From Fonticula alba ATCC 38817 (taxonomy: Eukaryota > Protista > Nucleariida), in the NCBI GenBank assembly GCA_000388065.2, contig KB932208.1: a stretch of 14,421 bases of DNA, one strand, 5' to 3'. Within the stretch, counting starts at the first letter, position 1. Each line of letters starts with the position of its first letter. The position numbers and the translations under genes were made by a program. Positions 9,552 to 14,421 of this stretch are shown here, one piece after another. The notes under the pieces are model-generated. The model did not search any database, had not been told where the DNA came from, and worked only from the letters and a program-made list of their open reading frames with translations.

Positions 9552-10084
9552 AAGGCGGCACCTGGTCCGTGACTGCCAACGTAGCTCGCGGATCCATGTC
9601 ACATGCATATCATGTGTACCCTTCATGAATATATTCGCCCACAATCTTGTGCCGTTTCACGCTGGCCGAGTCGGCCCCGGCGCTCGCCCTTCGAGACGCC
9701 CTTGAGGGGGGGGGGGGGGGAGTCCGGCAGCTGGCCCCGGATTATCCCGTCCCCCCCGTGGCGGCTGGTGCACCTGCTCGAGCGGCCTGAGGAAAAGCTG
9801 CCTGGAGACCGTCGGGAGGGAGGGGCGATGAAGCACCCGGGGTAGCTCGGGTCTGGCCTGCCACATGCCCCCGCTCCCGCTGCCCACATCTCGTATGTGC
9901 GCATGGGTGCGCGCAGCGAGAAAAGGAAGGCGGGCGGCCCGGCGGGCAAGGCCAGCGCGAGGGGTGAAGAATCGGAGGCAGCATGCCCCGGGGGCATGTG
10001 GCGCTGCCCAGACGTTGACCCCTCGCTGCCCCGGGCGCGATGACATGCGTGGGCGACTTGCCCTTGGGGCTGGGCTTCTGGGCG

Positions 10085-10091
<7 letters not shown>

Positions 10092-10117
<26 letters not shown>
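10092..10117. repeat. (GA)13 microsatellite
   Basis: Perfect GA dinucleotide run. Confidence 0.9.
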
Positions 10118-10639
10118 TAAAGAAACGCCTGTGTGCCCATCGGGGAGGCCGGCTTGGTACTTAGTGGCGCCCGGGAGAGCGCCCCTGGAGAGGCGCTTTT
10201 AGCCCTTGTTGGAAAGGCGCTCCTCTTATGGTCGGCGCGGGGGGGGGGGGGATGCAAACGTCGGCGGAGGGGCCACGGACGAGTGACAGGGGCGGCTGCC
10301 GGGCGCCGGGGCCATAACGACCTCCGCAAAGGGAGGCGGCCTTTTCCCGCGGGCGGCCGGGCACCTCCGCATTCGGATTCGGCGGGCGCCGGTCCTGAAA
10401 CAGCCGGCCGGCGCGAGCTTCCTCGCGGACCAAGCGAACGGCCGAGCTCTTTCGCCGGGGCCGGGCAGCCCTGTTCGACCCTGGTCGCATGGAGGCCGAC
10501 GAACAGGCGTTCGCCGGAAGCCGCCCGCGTCTTCCCTGGCCTGTTGCCGGCCGCTGATTGAGGGGGACGAGTCGATGAAGGCGCGTGGGTGGAGCTAGCC
10601 ATGCTGCGCCGTGCAATTCCTTCCGGCAGCCCCACACAT

Positions 10640-11003
10640 CAGAGGGTCCTCTTCGTCTTGGGCCCGGGCGGGTCCCTCGGGTGTTGCCGCAGGGCAGGGG
10701 GGCCCCTGCCAGGGGGGGGGGGGGGCGCGGGGGCGGGTGCGAAGCCACCGAGCCCGGGTGCGCCCCCCTCTTTTGCCACTGGACCGAAATTCGAACGCAC
10801 AATGGGCCGGGGGGGGGGCGTGCAGCCCGGAGGGGCAGGTCTGGGATTGCAGAACGGCCCGCCCCTGGAAGGGCGCGCGCGTGTGTGCGTGCGTGTCGAG
10901 GAGAGGGAGAGAGAGAGAGAGCCGGGGGCGGCTCACTTGGCGTGGGGGCCCCTCGAAGGGCCGTCGGGTGATGGCGCAGGAAGCGAAGGAGAGTGGGCAG
11001 CAT
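10640..11003 (-). other. Candidate spliced minus-strand transcript/small ORF (unverified)
   Basis: ATG at 11003 gives MLPTLLRFLRHHPTALRGAPTP. It is followed by GTGAGC..pyrimidine tract..CCCTTCCAG (intron 10936-10865) and a GTGCGT donor at 10800. No recognisable homology; the spliced ORF stops after about 66 codons. Confidence 0.15.
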
Positions 11004-11019
11004 GCGGCCGGGCTGGGCC

Positions 11020-11852
11020 NNNNNNNNNNNNNNNNNNNNNNNNNNNNNNNNNNNNNNNNNNNNNNNNNNNNNNNNNNNNNNNNNNNNNNNNNNNNNNNNN
11101 NNNNNNNNNNNNNNNNNNNNNNNNNNNNNNNNNNNNNNNNNNNNNNNNNNNNNNNNNNNNNNNNNNNNNNNNNNNNNNNNNNNNNNNNNNNNNNNNNNNN
11201 NNNNNNNNNNNNNNNNNNNNNNNNNNNNNNNNNNNNNNNNNNNNNNNNNNNNNNNNNNNNNNNNNNNNNNNNNNNNNNNNNNNNNNNNNNNNNNNNNNNN
11301 NNNNNNNNNNNNNNNNNNNNNNNNNNNNNNNNNNNNNNNNNNNNNNNNNNNNNNNNNNNNNNNNNNNNNNNNNNNNNNNNNNNNNNNNNNNNNNNNNNNN
11401 NNNNNNNNNNNNNNNNNNNNNNNNNNNNNNNNNNNNNNNNNNNNNNNNNNNNNNNNNNNNNNNNNNNNNNNNNNNNNNNNNNNNNNNNNNNNNNNNNNNN
11501 NNNNNNNNNNNNNNNNNNNNNNNNNNNNNNNNNNNNNNNNNNNNNNNNNNNNNNNNNNNNNNNNNNNNNNNNNNNNNNNNNNNNNNNNNNNNNNNNNNNN
11601 NNNNNNNNNNNNNNNNNNNNNNNNNNNNNNNNNNNNNNNNNNNNNNNNNNNNNNNNNNNNNNNNNNNNNNNNNNNNNNNNNNNNNNNNNNNNNNNNNNNN
11701 NNNNNNNNNNNNNNNNNNNNNNNNNNNNNNNNNNNNNNNNNNNNNNNNNNNNNNNNNNNNNNNNNNNNNNNNNNNNNNNNNNNNNNNNNNNNNNNNNNNN
11801 NNNNNNNNNNNNNNNNNNNNNNNNNNNNNNNNNNNNNNNNNNNNNNNNNNNN
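11020..11852. other. Assembly gap (833 N) upstream of the FMO
   Basis: N run. Confidence 0.95.
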
Positions 11853-11900
11853 CCCGGGATCAATCGGGCGGCGGCCCCAGCGCGCCCGCGCCCTGCTGCG

Positions 11901-11904
<4 letters not shown>

Positions 11905-11938
<34 letters not shown>

Positions 11939-11972
11939 ACCCACCCCACCCCCCCCCACCCCCCCCCCCCCC
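11905..11972. repeat. Poly-C tract with sparse A interruptions directly upstream of the FMO ATG
   Basis: C34 followed by C runs broken by single As, ending 11 nt before ATG 11984. Confidence 0.85.
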
Positions 11973-11983
11973 TTGCATCGACC

Positions 11984-13465
11984 ATGACTCGCGTGGAACC
12001 ACCGCAGCAGCCTCGTGGCTTTGCCGACCGGCGCGTGCTGGTCATCGGCGCCGGGTGCTCCGGCCTCAGCGCCCTGAAGGAATGCCTGGCCGCCGGATTG
12101 AAGACCGTTTGCTTCGAAAAGAGCTCGGACATCGGCGGCCTCTGGCGCTACTCGCGGGACCCCTCTCGCGGGACCATCTACAAGTGCGTCCTGACATGGA
12201 GCCGGGCCGGCGACCTCTGGCCGGCCCGGCCGCCGGCATCTCCCCCGGCCGCTGTGAGCTCCTGACACCCTGTCCTGCGCATGCCGGCGCACCCCGGCCC
12301 GCCCCCCCCCCCCCCCCTCGGGTCCAGGTCCACAATCATCAACACATGCAAGGAGATGATGAGCTTCTCGGATTTCCCGCCCGATCGCAGCATGCCGGCA
12401 TTCATGCACAACACCGATGTGGTGGCCTACTTCGAGTCCTTCGCATGCAAGAACAATCTCTACCCGCACATCCAGTTCGACACCGAGGTCATCAATGTGG
12501 CCCAGAGTGACACCTACCAGACGGATGGCAGCTGGACAGTCCGGTGCGTGGCCCCGGCGGCGGGGCCCGAGTCCCCGGCTGATCTCGCCCTTCCCGGACC
12601 TCTCCCCTGCCCGGACTAACGCCCGCTCCTTGCCACTGGACTCCCCCCCCCCATCCCCCCCACGGCGCGCCCGCGGCCCCGGCGTCGCCACGGATCGGTC
12701 CGGCCCATGGCGGCCGGCTGCTCGGCCGGGCCCAGCTTTCGCCAGGCCGGCGCCGATCAGCCCGAGCAGACGGAGACCTTCGCCGCGGTGCTCGTGTGCA
12801 ATGGCCACCACACGGTCCCCCGGTATGGCACGGTGCCGGGGCTGGACAACTTCACCGGGCGCGTGATGCACAGCCGGGAGTACCGCGGGCCGGAGCCCTT
12901 CGCCGGGCGCCGGGTGGTGGTCATCGGCGCCGGCAACAGTGGCCTGGACATTGCGGTGGAAATCAGCCGGGCCAATGACTGCTACGACCCGGCCGAGCAT
13001 GTGCCGCCCCCCGCGGCCGAGAAGCAAGCCAAGCAGCAGTCCCCCGACAAGGGCCCCGGCAAGCCGGCCATCGCCACCAGCGTCTCGACGGCGATCAGCC
13101 TGTCGGGCCACATCCCCGGGTGGGCCTTCCAAAACCCGGAGTACGACCACCTGTACCGGCCGGCGGCCGAGCGGTCTGACCGGGCGAAGTCCACCCGGAC
13201 CCGGGTCCCGGCCGTGCATCTGGTCTCGCGGTCCGGGACCTATGTCATGGCGCGCACCACGCCGGCCGGCGTGCCGAATGACTTCCAGTGGACGTCGCGC
13301 TTCAACCTGACCATGATGCCTCCGCGGGTGAAGGCCCTCTTTTCGCGGGTGGGCGTCCAATTCAGCCCGGCCGCGCATGACCGCTATGGCCTGACCCCCA
13401 AGCATGACTTCTTCTCCAGCCACCCGACCATCAATGGCGACCTCTTTAGCCAGCTGCACACCGGG
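11984..13465 (+). CDS. FMO: Flavin-containing monooxygenase (class B FMO, dimethylaniline monooxygenase-like), 3' partial
   Basis: Exons 11984-12183, 12328-12543, 12736-13465 (382 codons, phases consistent). FAD-binding VLVIGAGCSG; FEKSSDIGGLWRY; STIINTCKEMMSFSDFP; FMHN; VCNGHH; FMO fingerprint FTGRVMHSREY; NADPH-binding VIGAGNSGLDIAVEIS; SRSG.YVM.R; HPTINGDL. The last visible exon probably ends at donor GTACGC (13466). The later ATGY motif and C-terminus are not seen and are presumably lost in the gap at 13480-13489. Confidence 0.93.
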
Positions 13466-13479
13466 GTACGCTGAGTGCA

Positions 13480-13489
13480 NNNNNNNNNN
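13480..13489. other. 10-N gap (true size probably unknown) interrupting the FMO gene
   Basis: N run 14 nt after the putative donor; FMO homology does not resume after it. Confidence 0.8.
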
Positions 13490-13899
13490 GGGAAGCACCG
13501 CCGCCGAGGTGGGCGCGGCCGACGTGAGGACGAGGGGCCCGGGGATGAGGCATGCGGGTGCGGCCTGCCCGGTCCCCGGGCGTCGGAAGGCCTGAAGATT
13601 AACTCTGGGAGTCTGGTGGAATCGGTCCCCCGGTCCGAGTGGCGGAGCAGGTGGCCGGGCCTTGCTGAAGAACTGGCCGACATATTCCCCGGAAGGGCGA
13701 GACCACTCACGCGCCGGACTCCCGGCATGCCCGGCGATACTTTCTCCCACGCCGATATGCCCACATGCACCCCCCCCCCCCCGTACACGCAGACAAGCAT
13801 TTCCAGGCACATGCAGACACATGTATTGGCGTTCACACGCCGGCGGCGTCCAGAATGTGGGCCTCTTTTATCGGGTGCCCGGCTGGCCGTCATCCCAGG

Positions 13900-13923
13900 C
13901 AGGCGGGCAGGCGGGCAGGCGGG
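13900..13923. repeat. (CAGGCGGG)x3 octamer tandem repeat
   Basis: Units at 13900, 13908 and 13916. Confidence 0.8.
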
Positions 13924-14421
13924 GCGCGCTCCTCCTCGCGGATGTCGGGGGATCGTCCCGCCCCCTGGCGTGCAGCCGCCGAGACAAAGGGCTCGGGGCG
14001 TGTGCCAAATAAATGGTGTTGGCCACAAGGCGGGGGGGGGGAGGGGGCATCCCCCCCCCCCCCCCCGAGCAGGTCCATCATGCCGGGCGGGAGCGGCACT
14101 CGCACGCGAGAGGCCCTCCAGGGGGCTGGAGGCCTCTTAATAGACCGAGGCGCACGGGGCATGTGCATGGGCGCGCGCCGGCACGCCCCCGCGTGCGTGG
14201 GCCGAATGCGCTGCCGAGGGCCGAGGAGGGCTCATGGGCAACGCAGCATGGCGAGGGGCAAGTGCCACGGGGCTCGGCGAGCGGGTGGTGAGGGGGCGGG
14301 GGGAGGCCCACCTGCCAGAAAGCATGCCAGTCGGCCCCGGCCGTCCCGTCATAGATTGTGGCCCGGCGCTGGGGAGGCGCAGATTGGCTGGTTGTGGGTG
14401 GGGGACATTGGCGGGGCGGGG

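Noticed and set aside
4184-12510. Long ORFs containing X runs (e.g. 4184-6040, 6140-7309, 10161-12002, 10595-13822)
   Set aside because: They are open only because N gaps and homopolymers contain no stops; only the exon portions listed under features are supported.
13585-13620. Minus-strand peptide RLPELIFRPSD resembling the actin/ARP motif RF..PE.LF.PS
   Set aside because: No flanking actin-fold sequence on either side; too short to support.
14375-14412. Two ATTGG (reverse CCAAT box) motifs near the window end
   Set aside because: Five-base motifs with no associated gene visible in the window; cannot be supported.
1-14421. tRNA, rRNA, CRISPR arrays, transposon or retroelement ORFs, prokaryotic operon structure
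   Set aside because: No cloverleaf or A/B boxes, no repeat-spacer array, no transposase/RT motifs or terminal repeats seen; spliceosomal introns show the DNA is eukaryotic.

Overview
Eukaryotic, very GC-rich, intron-dense draft-assembly DNA with five N gaps (4883-5562, 6245-6869, 8005-8123, 11020-11852, 13480-13489). I reconstructed three spliced genes by hand, all on the + strand: (1) GPI ethanolamine-phosphate transferase 1 (PIGN/MCD4; 2143-7309, 10 visible exons, others hidden in two gaps); (2) ER membrane complex subunit 3 (EMC3; 7717-9551, 6 exons, 330 aa, phases close exactly); (3) a flavin-containing monooxygenase resembling animal FMOs (11984-13465+, 3 visible exons, C-terminal part missing at a 10-N gap). 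Almost all other ORFs in the track are GC-content or N-gap artefacts. High GC, poly-C tracts and low-complexity protein insertions suggest a protist opisthokont such as Fonticula alba, but this is an unverified guess. I found no convincing new multi-gene system. The best leads are: all 17 inferred splice donors have a pyrimidine at +4; branch points are often 44-116 nt from the acceptor; PIGN has Thr at the usual PTES Ser; the FMO carries a ~77-aa insertion in its NADPH-binding domain; and there may be a spliced minus-strand transcript upstream of the FMO. All homology statements come from recalled family motifs, not from database searches.
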